From Candidatus Woesearchaeota archaeon (GTDB lineage Archaea; Nanobdellota; Nanobdellia; Woesearchaeales; JAZDKJ01), in contig JAZDKJ010000008.1 of NCBI GenBank assembly GCA_043803105.1, positions 106,787 to 170,786 on the forward strand: DNA of 64,000 bases. The letters are read 5' to 3'. How positions within the stretch are numbered: the first letter of the stretch is position 1; each line of letters starts with the position of its first letter. The position numbers and the translations under genes are program-made. The notes under the pieces are model-generated. The model was not told the DNA's origin and did no database searches. It was given only the letters and a program-made list of their open reading frames with translations. Positions 1 through 9,566 of this stretch are shown one piece after another.

Positions 1-380
1 ATGAAGCGGTGGGCATCAAAGATTCTTGTTGAAGGCTCAGCGCATTTAGGCGCAGGGCTCATCAGATTGCTTACTTTCTCTTGAAGGGCCTGGTCAACTA
101 ATTGAAGCTTCTGCACAAAATCCCTCTCAGTGAGAATCCCGGCAATACGATTGGCTCTTGTTACCACGACACAAGACAAGGGTTCTCTGCGCATTGTTGC
201 AGCTGCCTGCCATAATGAGTCATTGACATCAACAGTGATGACCTTCCTGGTCATGATATTATTAACTGGCTGAAATAGGATCCTGTTGATTTCCTCCTGA
301 AGAAGGCGAAGATTTCTTTTTTCTGCCAAGTCCTTAAAAAACGACAAGAATCTCTTAAAGAAGCTCAATTGCTCCGCCAT
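1..380 (-). CDS. CBS-domain protein (3' end runs off window)
   Basis: Manual translation from ATG at 380: MAEQLSFFKRF...VNNIMTRKVITVDVNDSLWQAAATMRREPLSCVVVT...GILTERDF; classic CBS motifs; absent from ORF track because truncated. Confidence 0.85.
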   Translation of the reverse strand, partial: MAEQLSFFKRFLSFFKDLAEKRNLRLLQEEINRILFQPVNNIMTRKVITVDVNDSLWQAAATMRREPLSCVVVTRANRIAGILTERDFVQKLQLVDQALQEKVSNLMSPAPKCAEPSTRIFDAHRF

Positions 381-471
381 TCATGACTCTTTATGTGAGC
401 AAATATTTAAACCTGCCTCAAAGAATGTTAGTGTAATCCTTTGGTACCACAATAGAATGTCAAATTAGAAT

Positions 472-873
472 TCAGGCAAATTTCTTTACGGCAGTGCTAC
501 AGTAAGGGCAGTTGCTGGGCATGTTCTTCTCAACATTGATCTTGAACTGGTAAGCGCACTTCTGGCAGATGTATTTTACAGTGTTCTTGTCAATCCATTG
601 CACTCTAACCAGGTCATCCATCTTCTGCTTGTGGATGCGCTGAAGATACTCGTCCTCGCGGTCCCAGCCAGCAGGGGAATCTTTCTTTGTATCCTTAGCA
701 GCCTGGCTCTGGGCCTTGACCTCAGCGTGCACCTGTTCCCGCTGCTTGCGGTCATTGACACAGTTCTGGCAGACCATCTTCCTGTAGACAGGATCGAGAA
801 CAAGTTCGTCTGTTCTAACCTGCTTTCCACAAACCCTGCACTTTACCCTAATACTTTCCATTGACAAGGACAT
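472..873 (-). CDS. Zn-finger hypothetical protein
   Basis: Four CxxC pairs (CRVC, CQNC, CQKC, CPYC). Confidence 0.7.
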   Translation of the reverse strand: MSLSMESIRVKCRVCGKQVRTDELVLDPVYRKMVCQNCVNDRKQREQVHAEVKAQSQAAKDTKKDSPAGWDREDEYLQRIHKQKMDDLVRVQWIDKNTVKYICQKCAYQFKINVEKNMPSNCPYCSTAVKKFA

Positions 874-942
874 ATTTTGCCTTCATATTTAAATTTTGTT
901 TTTTTGACAAGACTTTTAAACATTGAAGGTTACTTAAAGCAA

Positions 943-2469
943 ATGGAATATGATATCATATTTGTTGTTGGAGAACGATATTTTGATCATCCCTTATGCG
1001 GAACTGCCATCCTGAAGAGGCTTCTTGAGAAGGAAGGTTTTTCTGTGGGTTTGATCGAAATGCCTCAAAACGACACTGATATAGCAAAACTTGGCAAGCC
1101 CAGATTGTTCTTTGGAGTGAGTTCTGGAAGCATTGACTCAATGGTCAGAAACTATACTCCGCTAAAGAAAAGACGGGATGAAGACAAGAACCTTGATTAT
1201 AATGAGAAAGTGCCTGATAGGGCAGTAATAGTGTACTGCAATTGGATCAAAAAGCACTACAAAGATTCTGTCATAGTGATAGGGGGAACCGAGGCAACTT
1301 TAAGGCGGTTTACCCATTATGATTACTGGGACAACAAACTAAGAAGGTCAATCTTGCTTGATTCGAGGGCAAACATCCTGGTTTTTGGCATGGCAGAAAA
1401 GCAGACAGTGGAAATAGCCAAAAGGCTAAAGCAAGGAAAAGGGCTTGAAGGCATCGAAGGAACTTGTGGGCTGGGAAAACAAATGCCTGCAGGATTTATA
1501 GAGCTTGCAAGCCATGAAGAGGTATTAAATTCAAAAGAAAAATTCTGTGATATGCAGAACCTTCTAACCAACAGAAAGAGCCTGGCACAAAAAGTAGGGC
1601 CTTCTTATGTGCTCCAATACAAATCTCCAAAATACAGTAGCAAAGACCTTGATGAATACTATGGAATGCAATTCTTACGGACCACTCCAAAGGAGCTCAG
1701 AGGCTTCCAGTTCAGCATAGTAACGCACAGGGGCTGCGTGGGAAACTGCAACTTCTGCTCACTAAAATTAACGCAAGGGGATAGGATAATCTCACGGTCA
1801 GAAGAATCAATACTGAAAGAGATCAAAGGACTTACAAAGCTGGCTTTCTTCAAGGGAAATGTGGATGACTTTACAGGTCCTAGCGCAGATATGTATGGTA
1901 TGGACTGCAGTGGCTGCCAAGAAGGGGAATGCCTTAACTGCAACAGACTGGACAAAAGCAATGAAAGGCTGATAAACCTGCTCAGGAAGGCAAGGCAAAT
2001 CCCTGGAATAAAAAAAGTGAACCTGAAAAGCGGAATAAGATTTGACTTGGCGAGCGCAGAACTTGTAAAAGAGCTGGCAGAGCACCACATATACGATTTC
2101 CTGCGCATAGCTCCAGAGCATGTAAACAAAGAAGTGCTAAGCTTAATGAACAAAGAAAAAGGCGACCTTGATAAGTTCATTAAAGAATTTAAGAAGGATG
2201 CTTCAACAAAAAAACTGTCGTTTTATTTCATGACTGCACACCCTGGTTCAACAATCAAGGAAGCAAGGGAATTGGCAGAGAAGATGTGTTTCCTGGAGAA
2301 CAGCGAGAGCGTGCAGGTGTTTACACCAACGCCTATGACTGTGTCAACATGCATGTACTATGCAGGAATGGAGCCAAAGACAAAGAAAAAGATCCACGTG
2401 CCTTACACTTATTCTGAGAAAAAAGAGCAGAAACGAGTTCTGATGAAAAATTATTCAAAGACCTTCTGA
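943..2469 (+). CDS. YgiQ/UPF0313-family radical SAM protein
   Basis: DHP motif, FFGVSSGSIDSMVRNYT, HRGCVGNCNFC, APEH, FTPTPMT; probable start ATG 943. Confidence 0.9.
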   Translation: MEYDIIFVVGERYFDHPLCGTAILKRLLEKEGFSVGLIEMPQNDTDIAKLGKPRLFFGVSSGSIDSMVRNYTPLKKRRDEDKNLDYNEKVPDRAVIVYCNWIKKHYKDSVIVIGGTEATLRRFTHYDYWDNKLRRSILLDSRANILVFGMAEKQTVEIAKRLKQGKGLEGIEGTCGLGKQMPAGFIELASHEEVLNSKEKFCDMQNLLTNRKSLAQKVGPSYVLQYKSPKYSSKDLDEYYGMQFLRTTPKELRGFQFSIVTHRGCVGNCNFCSLKLTQGDRIISRSEESILKEIKGLTKLAFFKGNVDDFTGPSADMYGMDCSGCQEGECLNCNRLDKSNERLINLLRKARQIPGIKKVNLKSGIRFDLASAELVKELAEHHIYDFLRIAPEHVNKEVLSLMNKEKGDLDKFIKEFKKDASTKKLSFYFMTAHPGSTIKEARELAEKMCFLENSESVQVFTPTPMTVSTCMYYAGMEPKTKKKIHVPYTYSEKKEQKRVLMKNYSKTF

Positions 2470-2942
2470 ATTGCGAGTTCTGCAGGGACAGTCTCGTTAG
2501 TGCAGCCTGAGGCACTCACAAAGACAGAGCAACCTTGAGTATTGTAAGTGGGTTCTCTCAAGGTGCAACCTGCAGCAATAGGGGTATCTTTTATCGCTTT
2601 CTCACATGCGTCGAAAGTCTGCCGTGCGTTATTGTAATCAATCAAGCTCCATCGCTTGGAGAACGCTAGGGCGACAGAGGGATTAATAGTCTCGTTAAAG
2701 GGCTGCAATCCATGATATTTCCTCACCACGTTGTACATAGTGCAATTTCGCTCAGAACTTAGACGATATTGCGCTATGAATGTGGGTGGGGCAGCAGAGG
2801 TCTCAAAGGACCATCCGTTAGGCAGGAGTTGTCTTATTTGCCCGACTTTTTCCTCCACTTCGCTTTGGCAGCCAATCGAGAGCTTCTGGTCTGTACAGCC
2901 AACCAATAAGATACAAACAAACACAGCAAAGGCAGGTCTCAT
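2451..2942 (-). CDS. Putative lipoprotein
   Basis: Hydrophobic N-terminus with LVGC lipobox; Cys-rich. Confidence 0.6.
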   Translation of the reverse strand: MRPAFAVFVCILLVGCTDQKLSIGCQSEVEEKVGQIRQLLPNGWSFETSAAPPTFIAQYRLSSERNCTMYNVVRKYHGLQPFNETINPSVALAFSKRWSLIDYNNARQTFDACEKAIKDTPIAAGCTLREPTYNTQGCSVFVSASGCTNETVPAELAIQKVFE

Positions 2943-3157
2943 AGAGCAAGCTTTGTTGAAGATGTTTATAAATTTGTCGAAGCATTGAATATTTTATGTG
3001 GCATGGAAATGCGCCCTCGCCGCCTGATGTTTTCCAGGTTCGCAAAACTTGCTTCGGACGAGCTATTTTGCTTGAAATGAACCCTTGAAAACTGCGCAGT
3101 AGTAACATTCACGAAATGTTTATAAATACACAAGGCACAACATTTCTCGGTCACTAA

Positions 3158-6064
3158 ATGCAAGAGCTAATAATAAAGGTTGGAGGGAGTTCTGTAAGCA
3201 CAGCCAAAAACATCTGGAATGTTGCAGGCCTGATTGCAAATGAATACCTAAGGAATCCCAACACTGGACTGACGGTTGTGGGCTCTGCCATAGGCACACC
3301 GCCTGGAAAAAAACAACCCAAAGTAACTGACGTGTTGCTTAGGATTGCGAAAAACATCATTTCTGGCAGACAAAAAGAAGCAGTCGAGGATACAGAATAC
3401 GTAACCAAACTACATCTTAATGTAATAGACACATTGGATTTTGATACAGTCCTTGTGGAAGATAATCTGTCAAGCCTTGAATCGATAGTACATACTGCAA
3501 TCGGCGAAGTCGAAAGTGGAAAACAAGTTGATGAATACATGCTGATGGATGCAACTGCAACCTTTGGAGAATTGACACTGAACCCTATTTTGGCTGCGGC
3601 TGTTCAAAGAAGGTTGGCAAACGACCTCAGTTCGATAGAAAAGCTCCTAGATCGAGGAACAAATCTCACTTCACAACAACAAAGACTGTACGAAAAGCTG
3701 AAATCCTGCGACGGCAGATATGTTCATGTTGTTGATCCAGCAAATTATGGGTTTGTGACTGACTCCAACTTCACTAAAGCAAAACTTTTGCCTCAGAGCC
3801 TTAATACAGAAATCGCAAAGCACCATATGAAATTGAGGCAAGGGCATCCTTACAAGGTGCTTTTTTATCCTGGTTTCATAGGTGGAGATGAAAAAGGCCA
3901 CAGGACAACACTGGGAAGAGACGGTTCAAATGTGACAGCAGTAGCACTTGCAACTTCAATCAAAGCAAGCGAGATTATCATATACACTGACACAGACGGG
4001 GTTCTGGCAATACCTCCAACAGTCCTACCAAACGCACAAACAGTGAGGTTCCTTTCCTACAAAGAGGTTGTGAGCATGGCAGACTGGGGCGGAATGAAGG
4101 TAATGCAAGAGCCAGCACTTGAAATCCTGAACAGGAAGGGAGTAAACATTCCGATATATGTCAAAAACTCATTCAATCCAAAGGAGCCAGGCACATTAAT
4201 CACGACAGCCTCAACCGCGAGCCATACCCTGATGAAGGGAATCGGGGTGTTGAGGGACTTGAGCTACAGAGAATTTCCGGTTCAGACAGCGAGCGATCAT
4301 GAGGCAATCGCCAGCATAATCAAGGGATACAAGGGAGCCAAAATAATCTGGGAAGAATTCTCTTCCAAAGGGAATCCAACGAGGGCAAAGTTCTTGGTTC
4401 AAAGAGATGCAAAGATGGAAATGGACAAAGGACCAGAGTACTTTAGGGAAGCATTATACTGGCTAATAAAAAATCAGGTTTACAAAGGTAAATCAGTAAA
4501 GGGAGGATTCCATTACCATGATGCATCACTTGTCACTGTGTTTGGCAAGGGAATTGGGAACTCTCACATTGAGATAGGAAAAATCCATGAAATATTGAGC
4601 AAGATTGAGCTTTCAGATAAACTTGAAGGCAAGGAATACATGTTCCCTGTCGAGGTCAAGGAGGATATGCTCCACCTTGTTGTGCGGGAGAAAGACACAA
4701 GCCCGGTTGCCAATGGCATTTACAATGAGCTGAAAAAGATAAACATTGTGCTTTACGGTCTTGGCAAAGTAGGGCAAAGGTTTCTCGAACAAGCCATGTC
4801 AAGGTATCAACAGCTTGGAATCAACATTGTTGGGGTGGCTGACAGCCTTGGCGTGATCACCAAGCCTGATGGTCTGAGCATAAAAGAATTATCCATGATT
4901 AAGGGCATGAAGGCAGATGGCATAAAGCTTAAAGACATTTCAGTCGGTGAATACCTGCATAGACAAGAGGCTTTGGACCTTAGCAAGATTTTCAGATATG
5001 CCAAAGGCGACATGGTATTGATAGATGCGACTCCTGAGCCGCAAATGCTCTCAACGATTTCCCAGGCATTGAAATTGGGTGCTAGTGTCATATCAGTAAA
5101 CAAGACTCCTTACGCAACAAAACCCCAGGCATGTAATGACAGGTCCACCAAACGCAAGATAAGAAAATTGTTCGAAGGTGTGCTGTCAGAAAGAGTTCTC
5201 AACCGCGGTACGGTAGGTGCAGACCTGGGCATACCTGGCACATTGTTAGGGGTTCTGGCCACAAACCCAGAATATGTGACTGTAAGAGGATGCATGAGTG
5301 CTACGTGCGGATACACAGCAGCTTCACTTAGTACAATGCGTTTTTCAGAAGCCATACAAAGTTCCATATCCAAGGGATATACAGAACCTACTCCTTTTGA
5401 TGACTACTCAGGAAATGATATACTTCGCAAGACCATAATACTGTGGAGAATGATTGCCAGCAAATATGGCCTTGACATGTTCAACATAGACATCAAGCAT
5501 GAAAGCTTCATCGAGCCGATGATAAGGCTCTTTGAGAAGAAGGGAGGCAACCGAGCAGAATTTGCAGACATTAGCCAACTTGACGCAGTTCAATTTGTAG
5601 AAAAAATGAAGGTTTTAGATCGTTATTTTATAGAGCTCCAATCAGAGCTTGGAAAAGATTATGTGTTCAGATACGTTGCAGAAATAAGGTATAACCCTAT
5701 GGCCTTGAACACTATCGCCAACAAATATGAAATCTCAGTTGGATTAAAAAAATTACATAAGGACAGCATTCTTGGCGGGCTCGATGGACCTGAAAATCTG
5801 GTTGTATTTGGCGCAGGCGAAGAGCCGAAGAAGACTTATGGTCTTCAGCCAGGGCCTGGTGGAGGGCACGAGGTCACTGCAAGCGCGATAATGCACGACC
5901 TGGAAAAGATCATTGAAAGAGCCCGGGGAAGAAGAAAGGGGCAGGTTATCGAGGTATTCAAACAGAACGAAACAACAAAAACTCCTAAATACACTACTTT
6001 CTTTTTTAGCCATACACAACAACGATTGAGGGATTATGTCTCGAAAGGGACACTGCATCCTTAA
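3158..6064 (+). CDS. Divergent bifunctional aspartokinase/homoserine dehydrogenase
   Basis: KVGGSS, TTLGRDGS, TDTDGV (aspartokinase); GLGKVG Rossmann fold, GYTEPTPFDDYSGNDILRK, GPGGGHEVTASA (homoserine dehydrogenase). Confidence 0.8.
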   Translation: MQELIIKVGGSSVSTAKNIWNVAGLIANEYLRNPNTGLTVVGSAIGTPPGKKQPKVTDVLLRIAKNIISGRQKEAVEDTEYVTKLHLNVIDTLDFDTVLVEDNLSSLESIVHTAIGEVESGKQVDEYMLMDATATFGELTLNPILAAAVQRRLANDLSSIEKLLDRGTNLTSQQQRLYEKLKSCDGRYVHVVDPANYGFVTDSNFTKAKLLPQSLNTEIAKHHMKLRQGHPYKVLFYPGFIGGDEKGHRTTLGRDGSNVTAVALATSIKASEIIIYTDTDGVLAIPPTVLPNAQTVRFLSYKEVVSMADWGGMKVMQEPALEILNRKGVNIPIYVKNSFNPKEPGTLITTASTASHTLMKGIGVLRDLSYREFPVQTASDHEAIASIIKGYKGAKIIWEEFSSKGNPTRAKFLVQRDAKMEMDKGPEYFREALYWLIKNQVYKGKSVKGGFHYHDASLVTVFGKGIGNSHIEIGKIHEILSKIELSDKLEGKEYMFPVEVKEDMLHLVVREKDTSPVANGIYNELKKINIVLYGLGKVGQRFLEQAMSRYQQLGINIVGVADSLGVITKPDGLSIKELSMIKGMKADGIKLKDISVGEYLHRQEALDLSKIFRYAKGDMVLIDATPEPQMLSTISQALKLGASVISVNKTPYATKPQACNDRSTKRKIRKLFEGVLSERVLNRGTVGADLGIPGTLLGVLATNPEYVTVRGCMSATCGYTAASLSTMRFSEAIQSSISKGYTEPTPFDDYSGNDILRKTIILWRMIASKYGLDMFNIDIKHESFIEPMIRLFEKKGGNRAEFADISQLDAVQFVEKMKVLDRYFIELQSELGKDYVFRYVAEIRYNPMALNTIANKYEISVGLKKLHKDSILGGLDGPENLVVFGAGEEPKKTYGLQPGPGGGHEVTASAIMHDLEKIIERARGRRKGQVIEVFKQNETTKTPKYTTFFFSHTQQRLRDYVSKGTLHP

Positions 6065-6066
6065 TC

Positions 6067-6687
6067 TTGGCAAAGCTTCGAAAAGGATGTGCATACTTGA
6101 GAAAAAGTAGACTTGCAAGAAAATACAATGCAAGGCCCGCAATAGCTTTTGAACACCCTTACTGGGTTTTCTCTGTTGCGAAGCGTGTTGATATTCATGA
6201 TAGTAACGAAAAAACTCTTGTTAAGGATTTGAGCGACCTTATGACTGAAGCCAGGGATCTATATGGGTGGGTAGGGATAAGTTCTAACAACTTGATGTGG
6301 AATGCCACAAAGATGCCAATCAGAGTAATCCAGGTGCTTGCTCCAGAAGGGGGAGACTACTTAACTCTTACGAATCCTGAGCTAAAGGAGATTTGTGGAG
6401 AGAAATTCGAATCGCATGAAGGTTGCGGTTCATTTCCCGGAAGAATGTATTGGGTACAAAGGTATCCCTATGTGCGCCTGGTTGGAATCCAACTTTATCA
6501 TGCCAAATTCGAGCAAATAGAACTAATATACGGAGCAAAAGACGTGAAATTAGAGTGGCCAGAATGTTGTGTTAATGAAAAGCTCCAGCCAGTTCGTGTA
6601 GTGCAGCACGAATGCGATCATTTAGAAGCCATAGTCATACCTAAACTTGCTTATTCAATGAACAGGAACCAAAACAAATATAAATGA
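6067..6687 (+). CDS. Peptide deformylase-like metalloprotein
   Basis: Three PDF motifs in order: GWVGISSN, EGCGS, QHECDHL. Confidence 0.75.
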   Translation: MAKLRKGCAYLRKSRLARKYNARPAIAFEHPYWVFSVAKRVDIHDSNEKTLVKDLSDLMTEARDLYGWVGISSNNLMWNATKMPIRVIQVLAPEGGDYLTLTNPELKEICGEKFESHEGCGSFPGRMYWVQRYPYVRLVGIQLYHAKFEQIELIYGAKDVKLEWPECCVNEKLQPVRVVQHECDHLEAIVIPKLAYSMNRNQNKYK

Positions 6688-6709
6688 ATTTGGAACCATC
6701 AAGACAGAT

Positions 6710-6915
6710 GCCCCGTTGGTGTAGCCCGGCGCAATGGAACTTCAGTTAGAGGTTCCATGCGGGAACAATCATTCGGCCCTCTCGAGGCCGAGACTCGGGT
6801 TCAAACAGCCTTTTTCCATAGGAAAAAGCCTGGGGAAAGGCTTTTTTGCCTTCGGCAAAAAAGTGTGTTTCAAAGGTTTCAAATGTGGGAGGGTTAGAAA
6901 ATCCCGAACGGGGCA
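6710..6915 (+). tRNA. tRNA-Glu(CTC) with D-loop intron (~6730-6765) and T-loop 59/60 intron (6806-6901)
   Basis: GCCCCGT/ACGGGGC acceptor stem; CGGCC-CT CTC GA-GGCCG anticodon arm; cloverleaf restored by removing two inserts with BHB-like junctions. Confidence 0.92.
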
Positions 6916-6960
6916 TTAATTTCTTAACACCATATAACAGAATTCAACGAGTTCGCAACA

Positions 6961-6968
6961 TATTTAAG
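6961..6968 (+). promoter_or_regulatory. Putative TATA box for the tRNA-Ser leader
   Basis: TATTTAAG ~25 nt upstream of the hairpin at 6994. Confidence 0.45.
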
Positions 6969-6993
6969 GGGAAACTAGTTTTTATGTCAGCAA

Positions 6994-7045
6994 GCCGCGG
7001 TCGCATACTCACAGAACAAGTTCTGTGGTCGCGACCTTGTGTGGC
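6994..7045 (+). repeat. Hairpin beginning with an exact 14-nt copy of the tRNA-Ser 5' end
   Basis: GCCGCGGTCGCATA at 6994-7007 equals 7088-7101; folds GCCGC/GTGGC, GGTCGC/GCGACC, CACAGAAC/GTTCTGTG. Confidence 0.8.
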
Positions 7046-7087
7046 AATCTTCAAGCTAAATAGCTTGATGGCAATAAGATCAATTTT

Positions 7088-7229
7088 GCCGCGGTCGCAT
7101 AATCCGGTACGCGCTGGATTCCTCCGGAATCCGCTGGTGTCCCGTGCGCGGAACATTGCGGCAGTCTCGAACCAATGCAAGAGAACTGCTGTCCGTAAGG
7201 GCATCTCGGTTCAAATCCGAGCCGCGGCG
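7088..7229 (+). tRNA. tRNA-Ser(CGA) with D-loop intron (7109-7154) and 12-nt anticodon intron (7172-7183)
   Basis: GCCGCGG/CCGCGGC stem, G73, long variable arm TGTCCGTAAGGGCA, anticodon CGA 7168-7170; BHB TCCG/CGGA at the D-loop. Confidence 0.9.
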
Positions 7230-7237
7230 TTTACACA

Positions 7238-7546
7238 ATGTATATCCCAAAGCGTTACGGCCAGAGCAAGATTGACAAGTGCCCTTTCTGCGGAAAACAG
7301 GCCATCGCACTTAACAAGCAGAAGGTTCCAGTCTGTGAAGCGCACAAATGGAACAATCTGGATGAGATGAAATGCAGCTGCGGAAGCTACCTGGAGATGA
7401 AACATGGGAAATTTGGGGTATTCTTCGTTTGCTTCAAGTGTGGAAACAAGAACCTAAAGCAGGTGCTTGAGATAAATGAGCCCAAAGATAAGAGCAGCAG
7501 TCAGAATGAAATAACTGTAAGGTCTGATGACCCAAGGTACTTCTAA
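7238..7546 (+). CDS. Small Zn-ribbon protein
   Basis: CPFC, CEAH, CSCG, CFKC; GKFGVFFVC resembles topoisomerase Zn ribbon. Confidence 0.7.
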   Translation: MYIPKRYGQSKIDKCPFCGKQAIALNKQKVPVCEAHKWNNLDEMKCSCGSYLEMKHGKFGVFFVCFKCGNKNLKQVLEINEPKDKSSSQNEITVRSDDPRYF

Positions 7547-7605
7547 AATAAAAAGATTTAAAAAGAGGGGTTTCCTCATATTAACAAAATTGATATTTTT
7601 GGGAG

Positions 7606-7980
7606 GTGAATAAATTGGCAAAAGAGGTAAAAACAGCGAGTAGTAGCATGACACAGACAATAGGAGGCTGGGCATTCATCATCGGTGTCATCATTGCAGT
7701 AATTTCTGGATTTTTTATGCTCAGCGCAACGCTTGTCTCAGTACTTGTATTGCTGGGATTAATAGTCGGCTTCTTGAACATAACAGGCAAAGAGACAATG
7801 GGGTTTTTGATGGCAACCGTGTCTTTGGTAATTGTTAGCTATTTCGGAGGCCAAGCCTTAAGCGAAATCGCTTTTGTTGGCACGGTGCTTGCAGGCATCA
7901 TGAATGCAATAATGATATTTGTGGTACCAGCAACAATTGTCGTGGCCCTGAAGTCAATATTTGCAATGGCACACGATTAG
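7606..7980 (+). CDS. Small multi-pass membrane protein
   Basis: Four hydrophobic segments; GGAGGTG SD near 7601 (true start may be TTG 7615); T-rich tract downstream. Confidence 0.75.
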   Translation: MNKLAKEVKTASSSMTQTIGGWAFIIGVIIAVISGFFMLSATLVSVLVLLGLIVGFLNITGKETMGFLMATVSLVIVSYFGGQALSEIAFVGTVLAGIMNAIMIFVVPATIVVALKSIFAMAHD

Positions 7981-8001
7981 GTTTTTTATTTTTTTTTATT
8001 T
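7981..8001 (+). terminator. Poly-T archaeal terminator
   Basis: GTTTTTTATTTTTTTTTATTT directly after the stop codon. Confidence 0.55.
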
Positions 8002-8022
8002 TAGAATTCTTTGAAGGCAAAT

Positions 8023-8679
8023 TTAGAATAGTCTGTTGGCAAAAGCACTGAATCTTGTATCCATCTGTATTTCGGTTGTTTTAGGTGCACCTTGCCTGTA
8101 TCCAGATGCGAATAGGTCAACAACCAAATCAATAAATGGTTTTGGTTTTGCAGCCCATTTAGCGCTTTGCACATCTGCCTTTACCTGTATTATATAATCG
8201 AGACCTTTGTCTCCGAAAATGGCTCCGCTTAGCATTGCCTCGATGATATCAGCCTTCGTAACATTATAGTTCGCAGGGACACATCTCCTCCGTGTCATAA
8301 CATCTGCAATACCTTGAACAATTCCTTCCTGCACTCCCTTAACAAAAGCCAGACTCACCGGATGATTATGGAAAGCGAAAGCTGCAATCGGCACCTGGGA
8401 GGCATACAAATTTGCCTTATCCCGGTTTAGATCCATCAACATCCAGACTGGATCCTTGGAGTTGCTAATGGTCCTCTTGAGGTACTCAAACTCCCTGTAA
8501 CCAATATGAGAAGGAGGAGCACTGACATAGTGGCCTCCAAGAATTGGAAATCGAAATTCTGTGGTATCATAAGTACTTTCATAGTTGAATGAAGCATTCC
8601 TAAGTATTGTAACAAGAAGTTTAACATCTTTCCGTGAACAACGCATTTTCTTGGAAGTTGGAATTCGTTCGCCTATCAT
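8023..8679 (-). CDS. Hypothetical protein
   Basis: 218-aa ORF, ATG start, TATA-like motif upstream. Confidence 0.55.
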   Translation of the reverse strand: MIGERIPTSKKMRCSRKDVKLLVTILRNASFNYESTYDTTEFRFPILGGHYVSAPPSHIGYREFEYLKRTISNSKDPVWMLMDLNRDKANLYASQVPIAAFAFHNHPVSLAFVKGVQEGIVQGIADVMTRRRCVPANYNVTKADIIEAMLSGAIFGDKGLDYIIQVKADVQSAKWAAKPKPFIDLVVDLFASGYRQGAPKTTEIQMDTRFSAFANRLF

Positions 8680-8848
8680 AACAGAACCTATTGTTCTCTG
8701 AGGATTTATAAAGATTTGCCCACCAAAGCGCAGCTTGTGATGATGGTTGCTTTACCGAGACCTCGATTCTGACTTGGTCCTTTCATGTCTCAAGGCGCAT
8801 CCCAAAAAAACGTCAGCTTTAAAAGAGGACAAGGCATTCTCCTTGTTA

Positions 8849-9502
8849 ATGATAAGCAAGGCTTTTTTGGATTGGAATGGGGTACTGCTAGCGGATGGTT
8901 CGGCTTGCTTTGATACTGACAACCATATGCTGAAAACATTTGGTGGTAACCTAGTCGATTTCAAGACCTTCAGAGACACTATAGTTATCCCTTCAATAGA
9001 CTTCTACGTAATGCATGGTTGCAATCGGGAACAATTGGAGAGAGATTCAAAAGAAGTTTCAAAGGTTTTTCATGCTTATTTTGAGAAAAGAGAATCGAAG
9101 TGCAGGACAAGGAAGGGGGCAAGGGAGGTTTTGTACTGGCTAAGGGAGAATTCAATCGAGACCATAATCGTGACGAATCACACTGTCGCAGGGCTTGAAC
9201 TTCAACTATCAAGACTTAAACTCAAAGAATACTTCTCCGCAGTTGAAGCCAATCCAGACGGAAATACGTCGATGCACACAACGAGCAAGCTGGAAAAGGT
9301 TTGCCGGCACTACAGCAGGAATGAGGGGGCATTGATCCTTGGAGATTCGCCCGAAGAAGTCAAAATTGGAAAAGAGCTAGGCATTCCAACTGTTGCAATA
9401 ACCGGCGGATATTATTCCACAAAGAGGCTTAGACAAAGCCAGCCTGATTACCTGATTAACAATTGGAAAGAACTGATTGGAGTAATAAAGGAAATCAGAT
9501 AA
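8849..9502 (+). CDS. HAD-superfamily hydrolase
   Basis: FLDWNGVL motif I, VTN motif II, LGDS motif IV, PDYLINN. Confidence 0.88.
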   Translation: MISKAFLDWNGVLLADGSACFDTDNHMLKTFGGNLVDFKTFRDTIVIPSIDFYVMHGCNREQLERDSKEVSKVFHAYFEKRESKCRTRKGAREVLYWLRENSIETIIVTNHTVAGLELQLSRLKLKEYFSAVEANPDGNTSMHTTSKLEKVCRHYSRNEGALILGDSPEEVKIGKELGIPTVAITGGYYSTKRLRQSQPDYLINNWKELIGVIKEIR

Positions 9503-9566
9503 GAACCAGAGATAATTTTTTTGATCTATTGCAGCTTTAGCACATAATCCTTTAAGGTTGAAGTTC

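Noticed and set aside
6734-7370. ORFs overlapping tRNA-Glu/Ser (also 25846-26255)
   Set aside because: They coincide with tRNA exons and introns; the shared LENPERGI peptide only reflects the tRNA 3' end.
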